This document shows positions 1-11,310 of a DNA stretch of 64,000 nt, piece by piece. The notes under the pieces were generated by a model. That model worked only from the letters and a program-made list of their open reading frames with translations. It did no database searches and was not told where the DNA came from. Each line of letters starts with the position of its first letter. Positions within the stretch are counted from its first letter, which is position 1. The translations under genes were made by a program, and so were the position numbers. The stretch lies in contig NC_043009.1 in the NCBI RefSeq assembly GCF_006345805.1, forward strand, positions 63,860,001 through 63,924,000. The letters are read 5' to 3'. The stretch is from Octopus sinensis (lineage: Eukaryota).

Positions 1-55
1 GCATCCAGCTGGCCTGGAAAACGGACATTAAACAACGATGATGATGATGATGATA
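1..55 (+). mobile_element. Extreme 3' end of RTE-LINE 3' UTR repeat with (GAT)n tail
   Basis: GCATCCAGC...GGAAAACGGACATTAAACAACGATGATGATG matches the tail shared by ~18 copies in the window. Confidence 0.7.
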
Positions 56-80
56 TATATATATATACACATACACACAC

Positions 81-245
81 ATGCCAGGCTTCCACACGGT
101 TTCCCTTTATGAAATTCATTCACAGGCATTGGGTGAACAGGGGCTTCACTTGAAGGTACTTACACCAAGTGCTATGTTGTGGGACTGAACCTGAAACCAT
201 GTGGTTGGAAAAGCAAGCATCTTAATCACACAGCCACAGCCGTGT
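81..245 (-). mobile_element. Decayed 5' half of tRNA-derived SINE-C
   Basis: GGGACTGAACCTGAAACCATGTGGTTGG...CACACAGCCAC is the reverse complement of the SINE-C head (cf. 12098-12500). Confidence 0.7.
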
Positions 246-375
246 CTGTCTCTTAGGCATTTTTAGTCCGAGTTGCACCCACTCCTATTCAGGTTTGACC
301 GCAGCCAATTTCTTCCTGAAGACAGCAAGACAGCCAGAATGCAGGAGTGAGAGCAAGAGAAGAATTGATTCCAAT

Positions 376-535
376 AAGGGACTGGTACTTTATTTATTGA
401 CCACCACCGTCCTAAAAAAAAAGGATGAGGGACAAAATTGACCGTGGTAGAATTTGAATTCACAGTGTAGAGATCCAGAATGTTTATTCGCAAAGCAATC
501 CATGTGATGCTTAATAACTTCACCAGTTGGCAGCC
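376..535 (-). mobile_element. Decayed SINE-D fragment
   Basis: CTGGTACTTTATTTATTGACC...GGATGAGGGACAAAATTGACC...AATTTGAATTCACAG resembles the reverse complement of the SINE-D core. Confidence 0.55.
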
Positions 536-609
536 TGATTCAAATGCATGCATATATATTTATGTATATATTCAAATGTATGCATATATATTTATGTATA
601 TATATATAT

Positions 610-925
610 CATCATCATCATCATCATCATCGTTTAGCGTCCGTTTTCCATGCTAGCATGGGTTGGACGGTTTAACTGGGGTCTGTGAAGCCAGAAGGCT
701 TCATCAGGCCCAGTCAAATCTGGCAGTGTTTCTACGGCTGGATGCCCTTCCTAACGCCAACCACTCCGTGAGTGTAGTGGGTGCTTTTTATGTGCCACCC
801 GCACAGGTGCCAGACAGAGCTGGCAAACAGCCACGAACGGATGGTGCTTTTTATGTGCCACCGGCACGAGGGCCAGGCAAGGCTGGCAACGGACACGAAC
901 GGATGGTGCTTTTTACGTGCCATGC

Positions 926-930
<5 letters not shown>
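610..930 (-). mobile_element. RTE LINE 3' UTR fragment
   Basis: (CAT)n CGTTTAGCGTCCGTTTTCCATGCTAGCATGGGTTGGACGG...GGATGCCCTTCCTAACGCCAACCACTCC; same sequence follows the RTE ORF C-terminus at 53643-54207. Confidence 0.85.
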
Positions 931-1019
<89 letters not shown>

Positions 1020-1039
1020 TATGTGTGTGTGTGTGTGTG

Positions 1040-1296
1040 TGGAGGCGCGTGGCTTAGTGGTTAGGGTGTTGAACTCATGATTGTAAGATTATGGTTTCGA
1101 TTCCTGGACCGGATGACGCGTTGTGCTCTTGAGCAAAACACTTCATTTCACGTCGCTCCAGTCCACTCAGCTGGCAAAAATGAGTAACGCTGTGATGGAC
1201 TGGCGTCTCGTCCGACTGGGGAACACATATGCCATAGAAACCGGGAAACCGGGCCCATGAGCCTGGCTAGGCTTTAAAAAGGGCGCATTTATTTAT
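1040..1296 (+). mobile_element. Full-length tRNA-derived SINE-B
   Basis: A-box TGGCTTAGTGG, B-box GGTTTCGATTCC, CORE-like TTGAGCAAAACACTTCATTTCAC, V-domain-like GATGGACTGGCGTCTCGTCC, (ATTT)n tail. Confidence 0.85.
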
Positions 1297-1399
1297 TAAT
1301 ATATATATATACACACACACACATATATATATTATATATATATGTATATATATATACAGACACACACACATAAGTCGAAGCATACGGCTCTACATTACA

Positions 1400-1905
1400 G
1401 ATCTGTTAACAGCATGGAAGTTTACATACAGCAGAATGGTACAGAAGGTAAAGCTGAGTGACAGGCTTGGAAAAATTGGAAGAGAAGAAAAGGTAAAACC
1501 AGAGAAGTGTCTGGCAGCATGTAGAGAAGCTCAATGTGAAAAACATGCAAGACAAACAGAGGCTGGGAGTAATAGATTTTCCAGTTGTGCAATGAGAGGA
1601 CCAGAGGCAGGAGATATTCCAGATCGTAAACTGTGGGTGAGTGTAAACCAAGATGTTGTTTCGAAAGCATGTGTATGGAGTGATAGCTGAGAAGAGAGGG
1701 ATTTGGAAATGTTATTATTATTATTATGAGAGGTTGCTGAAAGAAGAGAATGCATGAGAGGGAAGAATGCCCAATGGTGGGACCAGCTATTGAAATTGAC
1801 TGTTAAACATGCAGTTGAAGATTTGAAAGCGAAGAAAGGGGCTGAACCATTAGGGAATATAGCTGAGATGCAGGAAATATCCTGCAGTAAGTTTGGACAT
1901 GTGTT
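1400..1905 (+). mobile_element. Decayed RTE LINE ORF fragment (pre-RT region)
   Basis: TTATGAGAGGTTGCTGAAAGAAGAGAATGCATG (YERLLKEENA) and ATAGCTGAGATG; homologous to 31470-31820; stops/frameshifts. Confidence 0.65.
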
Positions 1906-1931
1906 AGTAATTTATTAAGTCAATTAGGCGA

Positions 1932-2120
1932 TAAAATAAATAAATGCGCCCTTTTAAAGCCTAGCCAGGCTCATGGGCCCGGTTTCCCGGTTTCTATGGC
2001 GTATGTGTTCCCCAGCTGGACGGGACGCCAGTCCATCGCAGCATCGCCCGGTCCAGAAATCGAAACCACAATCTTACAATCATGATGCTGACACCCTAAC
2101 CACTAAGCCACGCACCTCCA
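1932..2120 (-). mobile_element. SINE-B copy with internal deletion
   Basis: Reverse complement of 1040-1296 but lacks the CORE-like block. Confidence 0.85.
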
Positions 2121-2337
2121 CAAATTAGGTGATAATAGAGGTATTATAACCATTGATTGGGGAGCATTCTTGTCAACAATTGAAGCAAGGGTAAAGGAGA
2201 TGCTTTAGAAGGAAGCAAATATGGAGGTATCAGACAAATTAACCATGTTTTCAAAGTTCTGAAAGTAACAGAAAGGGCTGACATACAGTTTGGGTTTGTG
2301 TCCTCTTCCTAGTGAGAGAACTAAAGAAGTTTTTATA

Positions 2338-2760
2338 ACAATAATAATAATGAAATTATTGTATATAGTGCTCAGGTGCACCAGAATTTGTCAAAAGTGT
2401 GTGTAAAGCATATGCAGTAATGTACAAATGTCTGGAAAGTGAACAGTGTATGAGTCAGATACATGCTTGCGTGTGTATGGAGGGGAGAAAATCAGGTGTA
2501 GTGTTGGTGAATCTCAGAAAGTATGGAAGTTTTGAAGGATGCAGTGCTTTGACAACTAACAACTGATGCCAGCAGTTTGTTCCATGCTTCAGCAACTCTT
2601 AGCATGAAAAAATGTTTCCGAAAGTCATGGGAGCTGTGCTGTTTTCTGACTTTGTAAATATGTCCACGGGTGTTAGACGGGTGGAGTTTGAAAAGGTGCT
2701 CAGAGTTATTGTTTGTAAGATGGTTAATAATTTTATGGGTGTCTGCCAAGTCAGCTGCCT
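2338..2760 (-). mobile_element. CR1-clade LINE 3' end (RT C-terminus + UTR)
   Basis: ORF 2492..2749 ...TRGHIYKVRKQHSSHDFRKHFFMLRVAEAWNKL...SFK, typical CR1 C-terminal motif; (ATT)n tail. Confidence 0.85.
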
Positions 2761-2769
2761 GACGTTAGA

Positions 2770-2945
2770 GTTTCAAGTCAATGGCCAGCCACTACACCCA
2801 GCATTTATCAAGCTGGAAAAAGCCTTCAACAGGATATCATGTTCTGTGTTTTGGTGGTTATTAAGAAAACTGGGATGAATAGCTTGTGAGGATTGAACAA
2901 GCCATGTACGGAGAGGCTATCAGCAAAGTCAGTAAGGGCTGCATG
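2770..2945 (+). mobile_element. RTE RT fragment
   Basis: AFIKLEKAFNRISCSVFWWLLRKLG resembles the RTE RT motif AFVDLEKAFDRV..IWWALRKLG. Confidence 0.75.
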
Positions 2946-3264
2946 AGAGAGAGCTGAGCAAAGGAAACTGTTGTTGAGCACGCTGGAGGAAATTAAGCCA
3001 ACTTGGTTACCATGCTTTTTTGAGAAGGGTGTACAGTGTTCTTTGATTATCCATCAGTGTTAGATGGAGGGAGGGGCTGGAGTGACATGGCAGATTGTCA
3101 CCTGTGAAGAGATTATCAATATAAGGAGGAGAAGAAGGAGGCTGATGATGTCTGACTACCCACCCATCCATGGCAGACATAAAGAAGCTAAATGGACATT
3201 TATACTTAACACAGTTCCAGTCTTGCACACCTGGCCATTGAACACATTCATACTCTACTTACAC

Positions 3265-3430
3265 AAAAGGTACAATACACACACACTCACACTCACACTC
3301 ACACACACACACACACATGCACATGCACACACACACTCACACACACATACACACACACACACGCATGCACATGCACACACGCACTCACACATGCGAGCGC
3401 ATGCACACACACACACTCACACACACACAC
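3265..3430. repeat. (CA)n-type microsatellite
   Basis: Direct reading. Confidence 0.9.
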
Positions 3431-3888
3431 ATAACTTTTCAACATTTGACTTCAGCACAGAACACATAAATCTGTAAAACCCCAACTACAGTATTCTACA
3501 TTCAGGTAATTGTATAAATTTGCAGAGCTAGCCAACCTATCGAAAAATATAGTTAACAAAAATGCGAATTATGAATTCACTGCTAAGATACTTGATGTAA
3601 TTAATGATGGACATTATGATTAGCAAGAAAGAGCAACAGGCTCAGCATTGTTCTTTCTTCTGTTTTAAATTGGTGTCTCATAACATTTAAAATAATTGAT
3701 GTTGAAGATGATCTTGGCAGATAATTTACAATTTGATTGATGGGGTTAATTAGCATCAAAAGCTACATTTCTTCTTCAAGTTGCTCTCTCTCTCTCCCCT
3801 CTTATCTTCTTCTACTCTACTCTCCTTCTCTCTCTCTCTCTCTCTCTCTCTCATTATATATATGTGTGTGTGTGTGTGTGCGTATGTG

Positions 3889-3919
<31 letters not shown>

Positions 3920-4274
3920 ATAAGAAATATATACATAATTATAACAAGGGATTGGCTATAAGCTATGGAGTAACGTTGCTGAGAATAACAAGAGGTAGAA
4001 ATTTTTTTACCTTAAGCTTGAAACAAGATCTTGTCCATGTTTAACCAAAAGTTTAATTCATTATTTTTCTTTTGCTCGACTACAGTCTGAGTTCTATTTT
4101 TTGGTGTTTTAAGGTGGTATTAGCATCTTTTAGCATCTATTTCTAGCATCTATTTCTAGCTAATCCTTTGTTACAACTATGTATAATTATTATAATATTT
4201 GTAAAATTTACCTATAAGGATTTACTTCTAGACTGACCCCTTGGTAAAATCACTAATGATTTTTATCCTTCATT

Positions 4275-4277
4275 ATA

Positions 4278-4330
<53 letters not shown>

Positions 4331-4336
4331 ATATAT

Positions 4337-4426
<90 letters not shown>
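4275..4426. repeat. (TA)n microsatellite
   Basis: Direct reading. Confidence 0.95.
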
Positions 4427-4429
<3 letters not shown>

Positions 4430-5060
4430 CTGGTGGTACGTAAAAAGCACTATCCGACTCGGGGCCGTGGCACGTAAAATACTCCAATGCGACCATACGA
4501 CAGGCACCCATGCCAACCCCCTTTGCTTGTGAAGACATGTTGGGGCAAGCGAAATCGAAATCGAATTGAACCAGCCAGGATCCCTGGTCTGGTGGTACGT
4601 AAAAAGCACTATCCGACTCGTGGCCGTGGCACGTAAAATACTCCAATGCGACCGTACGACAGGCACCCTTGCCAACCCCCTTTGCTCGTGAAGACATGTT
4701 GGGGCAAGCGAAATCGAAATCGAATTGAACCAGCCAGGATCCCTGGTCTGGTGGTACGTAAAAAGCACTATCCGACTCGTGGCCGATGCCAGCACCGCCT
4801 CGACTGGCTTCCGTGCCGGTGGCACATAAAATACACCAATCTGACCGTGGCCGTTGCCAGCCCCGCCTGGCACCTGTGCAGGTGGCACGTAAAAAGCACC
4901 CACTACACTCACGGAGTGGTTGGCGTTAGGAAGGGCATCCAGCTGTAGAAACATTGCCAAATTAGACTGGAGCCTGGTGCAGCCTTCTGGCTTCCCAGAA
5001 CCCCGGTCGAACCGTCCAACCATGCTAGCATGGAGAACGGACGTTAAACGACGATGATGA
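4427..5060 (+). mobile_element. RTE 3' UTR fragment with 159-bp internal tandem duplication
   Basis: TGGTGGTACGTAAAAAGCACTATCCGACTCG starts at 4431, 4590 and 4749; ends GGACGTTAAACGACGATGATG. Confidence 0.85.
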
Positions 5061-5135
5061 TATATATATATACATACATATATAATATATATATATATAT
5101 ATATACATATATACATATATATATATATGTATATA

Positions 5136-5169
<34 letters not shown>

Positions 5170-5170
<1 letters not shown>

Positions 5171-5535
5171 CATCATCATCGTCGTTTAATGTCCGCTTTC
5201 CATGCTGGCATGGGTTGGATGGTTTGTCTGAGGCATGGTGAACCAGAGGCTGCACCAGGCTCCAATCTGATCTGGCAACGTTTCTACAGCTGAACGCCCT
5301 TCCTAACGCCAACCACTTCGAGAGTGTAGTGGGTGCTTTTACATGCCACCAGCACGAGGTCCAGTCAGGCGGTTCTGGCAACGACCATGCTCAAAAGGTG
5401 TTTTTTACGTGCCACCTCCACAGGAGCCAGTCTGGCGGCACTGGCAACGACCATGCTTAAACGTTGTTTTTCCTGTGCCACCAGTATATGTGCCGGCAAG
5501 ACGACGCTGGCAACGATCACACTCGAATGGTGATC
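5170..5535 (-). mobile_element. RTE 3' UTR fragment, tail-to-tail with previous copy
   Basis: (CAT)n GTTTAATGTCCGCTTTCCATGCTGGCATGGGTTGG... Confidence 0.85.
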
Positions 5536-5589
5536 TGTATAAATGTATGTGTATTTTTCCAATGTTTACAAATAACATGGAAAATATAA

Positions 5590-5830
5590 ATAAATAGTTA
5601 CCAGGGTAGCAAAAATTTACACAATTACCAAGGATGTAACAGCCTACTTATAAAGGTAGAAATTCTGGGTTTTGGTGAAATGTTTTTGTATAACATAGAT
5701 AAATAAACAAATGGAGTTAAACACAGGTGTTATTCAAATCTTTATACTTCCGACATATGTTTTGAAGAAAACACTGGTATTTTCCGGAAGGAATAAAATG
5801 ATGTAAAACAATGCTATCTTCCCATCAGGG
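5590..5830 (-). mobile_element. Penelope-like terminal repeat remnant with degenerate hammerhead-like motif
   Basis: Minus strand CTGATGG-GAAGA...TCTTC-AAAAC-ATAT-GTC (5752-5828). Confidence 0.4.
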
Positions 5831-5879
5831 AAAAAAAGAGAAACAAACTCATCAATAAGACATTTTAACTGTGTGTATG

Positions 5880-5916
<37 letters not shown>

Positions 5917-5924
5917 ATGTATAT

Positions 5925-6150
5925 ATGTATGTTTGTGTATATGTTTGTGTGTCTGTGTCTGTCCCCACCTCTATCACTCGACAACCAACGTTGGTGTGTT
6001 TACATCCCCATAACTTAGCGGGGTCAACAAAAGAGACCAATAGAATAAGTACTAGGCTTACAAAGAATAAGTCCTGGGGTCGATTAGTTCGACTAAAGGC
6101 AGTGCTCCAGCATGGTCACAGCCAAATGACTGAAACGAATAAAAGAATAT
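5925..6150 (+). mobile_element. 3' half of SINE-C
   Basis: GACAACCAACGTTGGTGTGTTTACATCCCCATAACTTAGCGG...TGACTGAAACGAATAAAAGAAT. Confidence 0.8.
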
Positions 6151-6184
6151 ACACATATGCATGTCTTGAGTTCTTTATCCTTCT

Positions 6185-6440
6185 GGTGATGTAAAGCACC
6201 TGTGCGGGGCCACGTAAAAAAAAAGCACCCAGTGCAATCCGTAAAGTGGTTGGCATTAGGAAAGGCATCAAGCCATAGAAACCATGCCGAACCAGACTGG
6301 AACCTCGTACAGCTCCCCAGCTTGCCAGCTCTGGTCAAAGCGTTGAACCCAAGCCAGCATGGACAAATGATGATGATAATGATGATGATGATGATGATAA
6401 TGATGATGATGATAATGATGATGATGATGATGATGATTAT
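6185..6440 (+). mobile_element. RTE 3' UTR fragment with expanded (GAT)n tail
   Basis: GGTTGGCATTAGGAAAGGCATC...CCAGCATGG then (GAT)n. Confidence 0.75.
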
Positions 6441-6863
6441 GATATATATATATATTATGTAGGTATGGTAAAATCCAAGCTGTGTCCTCTTGAAGTACAT
6501 CTGCTTCTTCCAGTATTGTAATCCAGTATGCTGTTGTTGTTATTGTTGTACTGATGTGGGGTACATATTAGAGTTGAAAATTCTGGATATATTGATTGCA
6601 GAGTTATTATATAACAAAACAGGAAAATAGGAAGCTAAAAATTTTTGAAATCAATATTATCATCATCATCATCATCATCGTCATCGTCATCATCATCATT
6701 ATTATGAAGGTGGTTAGCTGGCAGAATATTTACTCTGCTGGGCAAAATGCTTAGTAACATTTATAAATTCAAATTCTGTCAAGGTGAACTATACCACAAA
6801 AAATTTTCCAACTTCCTGTTTTGTTTTATATGTAATTCCATAATTCTCCATTTTCTTTCTTTC

Positions 6864-6905
<42 letters not shown>

Positions 6906-7213
6906 TATAAATATATATATAGGTATACACATACATATATAAGTTAAAACACCTTACTATGTTATAATAACCTATTCTGACAGCACTAAGTGACCGACCA
7001 ATTATCTTGTGGAGATGAAATGATACCATAAAAAACATCAGATAAGTATTTGTGGTATCTAATTAGCTGAAATAGATATCCGAGTGGCTCGGCCCTGTAA
7101 TTAATAACATGGGAGTTTGGCAAGCAACGGGTGCATGGTTCGAATTCCATCAGTGGAATCGGAGTTTTTAATCAGAGATTTCAATGTCTAACATGAAAGT
7201 GTGTATTACTCAC

Positions 7214-7296
7214 CATATCACTGTTTCCCTCAGGATCTTTCATTTTTAACTTTGGAATATTCATCACCATTGAAACTGTGTATGTATTTCAACCAA
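7214..7296 (-). other. Candidate 83-nt exon (possible 5' UTR/start exon encoding MVMNIPKLKMKDPEGNSDM)
   Basis: Minus-strand TTTTATTTCCAG acceptor and ATG|GTGAGT donor in non-repetitive DNA; all three frames contain a stop, so it can only be a UTR, start or lncRNA exon. Confidence 0.3.
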
Positions 7297-7664
7297 CTGG
7301 AAATAAAATGTTTGGATGGGCATCAGTAAACATGTTTAACAAAGCGGAACATGATAAAAACAATAACTAGAGAAACAACAGCAGCAGCAACTAGCAATAA
7401 CCAAGCCTCGGATTTACCGCATTGGCCATGGTACCACCTCAGAACTAGAGAAACAACAGCAGCAACAGAGACCATTGTCTCTTGCAACCGGTCACTTAGT
7501 AGCCTCTTACAATATCTCAAATATATTGCTTCTCTGGCCATTAACTCTGGCCATCGATAACTGACAGGTGACTTGGTAAAAAACCCACAAGACCCTTTAC
7601 CATCTTAGCAACAACAACTTTGCAACCCTTTTTTTGAATTTGATATTTTACCACTTGTGAATCA

Positions 7665-8210
7665 TCATCATCATCATCATTGTCATCGTCGTCATCATCG
7701 TTTAATGTCCGCTTTCCATGCTGGCATGGGTTGGATGGTTTGACTGAGGACTGGCAAGCTAGGAGGCTGCACCAGGCTCCAGTTTGATCTACAGCTGGAT
7801 GCCCTTCCTAATGCCAACCACTCTGAGAGTGTAGTGGGTGCTTTTTACATGCCACCAGCATGAGAGCCAGTCAGGCAGCACTGGCAACGATAACACTTGA
7901 ATGGTGCTTTTTATGTGCCACCAGCATGGAACCAGTCAGGTGGCACTGGCATTGACCATGCTCGAGTGATGCTTTTTAAGTGCCACCAGCACAGGTGCCA
8001 ATCAGGCATTACTGTCATCAGTCATGACAATGACTTCCCTTGACTCAACAGGTCTTCACAAATGCAGTTTATTTCCCAATGATTGAAGGGTGCTCTTAAA
8101 TGGGCCGGTTATGCTGCGCTGGCATAGGCTACGGTTACGGCCTCACTTGCCTTGCCAGGTCTTCTCAAGCACAGCATATCTCCAAAGGTCATGCTTCACC
8201 ACCTCGTGTA
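7665..8210 (-). mobile_element. 5'-truncated RTE LINE (ORF C-terminus + 3' UTR)
   Basis: Minus strand GAGGTGGTGAAGCATGACC..TGGAGATATGCTGTGCTTGAGAAGACC (EVVKHD/WRYAVLEKT) followed by the UTR and (GAT)n tail. Confidence 0.8.
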
Positions 8211-8317
8211 TGTGTGTGTATATGTTTGTGTGTCTATGTCTGTCCCAACCACTATCACTTGACAACCAACGTTGGTGTGTTTACATCCCCATAACTTAGC
8301 CGGTCGGCAAAAGATAG

Positions 8318-8665
8318 AGCATCCAATACTTTCAGAAACAATTTCTCACACTCAACATTGCTAAAGCATGGACTAAACTCCCTGCATCTATTGTTGATTT
8401 TCAGAACATTGCATCCTTCCAAAATTCTATGCTTCATGATATTAACCAACACTACTCCTGACACAACTATGCATCCTTATTCTTTACGATTCTTTTAAGA
8501 TTCACTTTCCTCTATTTTCATGGTTTGTTCTGTATATTACACATGTACTTTTAGCCTTCATTGCTAATATGTCTGCCTTTTGACTCTTCTTTTAAACTTT
8601 ACCAACGAGTTATAGTATGCCTGAGCATGGTGTACAATAAACTCATTGTTATTTTTATTATTTTT
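8318..8665 (+). mobile_element. CR1-clade LINE 3' end
   Basis: Homologous to 2338-2760; ends CCTGAGCATGGTGTACAATAAACTCATTGTTATT. Confidence 0.7.
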
Positions 8666-8769
8666 AAGTCCAGGGAAGATGTGAAAGGAAAATTGTGAGA
8701 TCGGATATCGAGATGCTGGGCCTCACAGAAATGGGATGTGTTGCAACTATAGACCTATCCAACCTACAC

Positions 8770-9425
8770 ACACACACATATATATACATATATGTGTGTA
8801 TGTATGTATGTATGTATGTATGTATGTATCTGTGTATGCCTGTATGCGTATATGTGTGTATGTATGTAAGTATGTATGTACGTATGTATGCATGTATGTA
8901 TGTATGCATGCATGCATGTGTGTATGTGTGTATGTATGTATGTACGTATGTATGTATGCATGTATGCGTGTATGTGTGTATGTATGTATGTATCTGTGTA
9001 TGCATGCATGCATGTATGTGTGTATGTATGTATGTATGTATGCATGTATGCATGTATGTGTGTGTGTATGTATGTATGTATGTATGTATGCATGTATGCG
9101 TGTATGTGTGTATGTATGTATGTGTGTATGTATGTATGTATGTATGCATGCATGTATGCGTGAATGTATGTATGTATGTATGTATGTATGTATGTATGCA
9201 TGTATGCGTGTATGTGTGTATGTATGTATGTGTGTATGTATGTATGTATGTATGTATGTGTGTATGTATGTATGTGTGTATGTATGTATGTATGTATGTA
9301 TGTGTGTATGTATGTATGTATGTGTGCATGTATGTAAGTGTGTATGTATGTATGTTTGTATATCTACAGACATGTTCATATATATTTGAATATGTATGTA
9401 TGCATGCATATATGTGCATATGTAT
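8770..9425. repeat. Long (TATG)n/(TG)n compound microsatellite
   Basis: Direct reading; source of spurious 200-290 aa ORFs. Confidence 0.95.
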
Positions 9426-9439
9426 GCATGTATGTATAT

Positions 9440-10030
9440 CATATTGTTGGCTTTCCTTTTCATAATTTTGGTGAACTGGATTGACATGTGCAGCTGTTGT
9501 GGAAGTGGTATGAGAATCGGTGAATGTAGGATGAGTCATCCGATATTTGCAGATGATATGATGCTACCTGACTCATCAGGAGCTGACCTGCAGCATGCAC
9601 AGAAAGGGATCACTGTCAAATGGCGCAAAGCAGGGATGACATTGGTCGTCTCAAGAAAGTCTTGCCAGTGTTACTCTGCATATAAGTGGAAGATCACTGG
9701 GGTAAGTTAAGAAGCTTAAGTATCTCAGGATTGTATTTGTGTTGGGGGACAGGAGCTGGATTGGGGGCTAGAATTACAGGGGCTGGCATAATAATGTGCC
9801 AGTTTGAGCATCAAGCTCCCAGAAGAGGAGAGGTTGGTAAAAAAAAAAACCAAACTTACTATCTCCAATTTGGTTTTCTTGCTAGCGTTCATGAATGTTG
9901 TGTGATGACCAAAAGAATACAATTGCAAATACAAGCATTTGAAATGGGGTTACTTCAAAGGATTTCTAGAGGAATGTTATATTTTAGATTAAAAAAGAAT
10001 TTGTTTATCGTAATTTTAAAAGATAGAGAA
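9440..10030 (+). mobile_element. Decayed RTE (Expander/Rex3-like) RT fragment
   Basis: LFIILVNWID...SHPIFADDMML (RT catalytic FADD motif); second copy at 29085-29680. Confidence 0.8.
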
Positions 10031-10096
10031 GTATAAAAAAACCACATTATTTATGGGATGACCTAATATATATATATATATATATATATGCATGTG

Positions 10097-10130
<34 letters not shown>

Positions 10131-10149
10131 TACATATATATATTTATAT

Positions 10150-10190
<41 letters not shown>

Positions 10191-10445
10191 TTAGCGTCCA
10201 CTTTCCATGCTAGCATGGGTTGGACGGTTCAACTGGGGTCTGTGAAGCCAGAAGGCTGCATCAGGCCCAGTCTGATCTGGCAGTGTTTCTACGGCTGGAT
10301 GCCCTTCCTAACGCCAACCACTCCGTGAGTGTGGTGGGTGCTTTTTACATGCCAGCCGCACAGGTGCTAGGCAGAGCTGGCAAACGGCCATGGATGGATG
10401 GTGCTTTTACGTGCCACCGGCACGGGGGCCAGGCCAGGCTGGCAA
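10150..10445 (-). mobile_element. RTE 3' UTR fragment
   Basis: Near-identical to 610-930. Confidence 0.85.
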
Positions 10446-10463
10446 AATATATATATATGTGTG

Positions 10464-10511
<48 letters not shown>

Positions 10512-10609
10512 CATACATACATACATATATATATACATACATACATATATATATAAATAAATATATATATATAAGAAATATTGAATTTCTAAATCTCTCG
10601 TAGAGACAG

Positions 10610-10647
<38 letters not shown>

Positions 10648-10714
10648 CACACATATTTATGTATATACATGTATGTATTTATGTATATACAAGTCTATTA
10701 CTGCTGCTAGTACC

Positions 10715-10900
10715 ACATAAAAAATACCCAGTACACTTTGTAAAGTGATTGATGTTGTGAAGGGCATCCAGTTGTAGAAACGCTGCCAGAAAACAGACTG
10801 CAGAGCTTGGTGCAGTATTTTGACTTGGCAGCCGCAGTTAATCCATCCAGCCGATGCCAGCATGGGAAACGGATGCTGAACGAGGATGATGATGATGATG
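10715..10900 (+). mobile_element. RTE 3' UTR fragment, inverted relative to 10150-10445
   Basis: GAAGGGCATCCAGTTGTAGAAAC...GCCAGCATGGGAAACGGATG..(GAT)n. Confidence 0.75.
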
Positions 10901-10979
10901 TAGATATAAAAGACAACATTTAATGTGTATACATGTGATACAAAGAGATTTATATAAATAAACCAAACTGGGTCTCCCC

Positions 10980-11310
10980 ACGGTGGTGGTGGTGGTGGTG
11001 GTTCTGGTGGTGGTGGTGGTTCTGGTGGTGGTTCTGGTGTGGTGGTGGTGGTTCTGGTGGTGGCTCTGGTGGTGGTGGTGGTGGTGGTGGTGGTGGTGTG
11101 GTTCTGGTGGTGGTGGTGTGGTGGTGGTGGTGGTGGTGGTGGTGTGGTGGTGGTTCTGGTGGTGGTGGTGTGGTGGTGGTGGTGGTGGTGGTGGTGGTGG
11201 TGACAGCGGCAGCAGTGATGTTGCTTCTGGTGGTGGGTGGTGTGGGTGGATGGGTGGGCGGGTGGGTGGGTGGTGCGGGTGGGTTTGGTGTGGGTGGGTG
11301 TTGTGGTTTG
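10980..11310. repeat. (GGT)n microsatellite
   Basis: Direct reading. Confidence 0.95.

Noticed and set aside
1040-1115. tRNA-like sequences at SINE heads
   Set aside because: A/B boxes present but no complete cloverleaf or acceptor stem, and each continues into SINE body.
3526-3625. Possible terminal exon ELANLSKNIVNKNANYEFTAKILDVINDGHYD*
   Set aside because: Weak acceptor context, no homology recognised, no supporting neighbouring exons.
8664-9539. 200-290 aa ORFs (HTYI/CMYV repeats) here and at 40124-40921, 41725-42560, 52313-53112
   Set aside because: Pure microsatellite read-through in several frames; no splice or start context.
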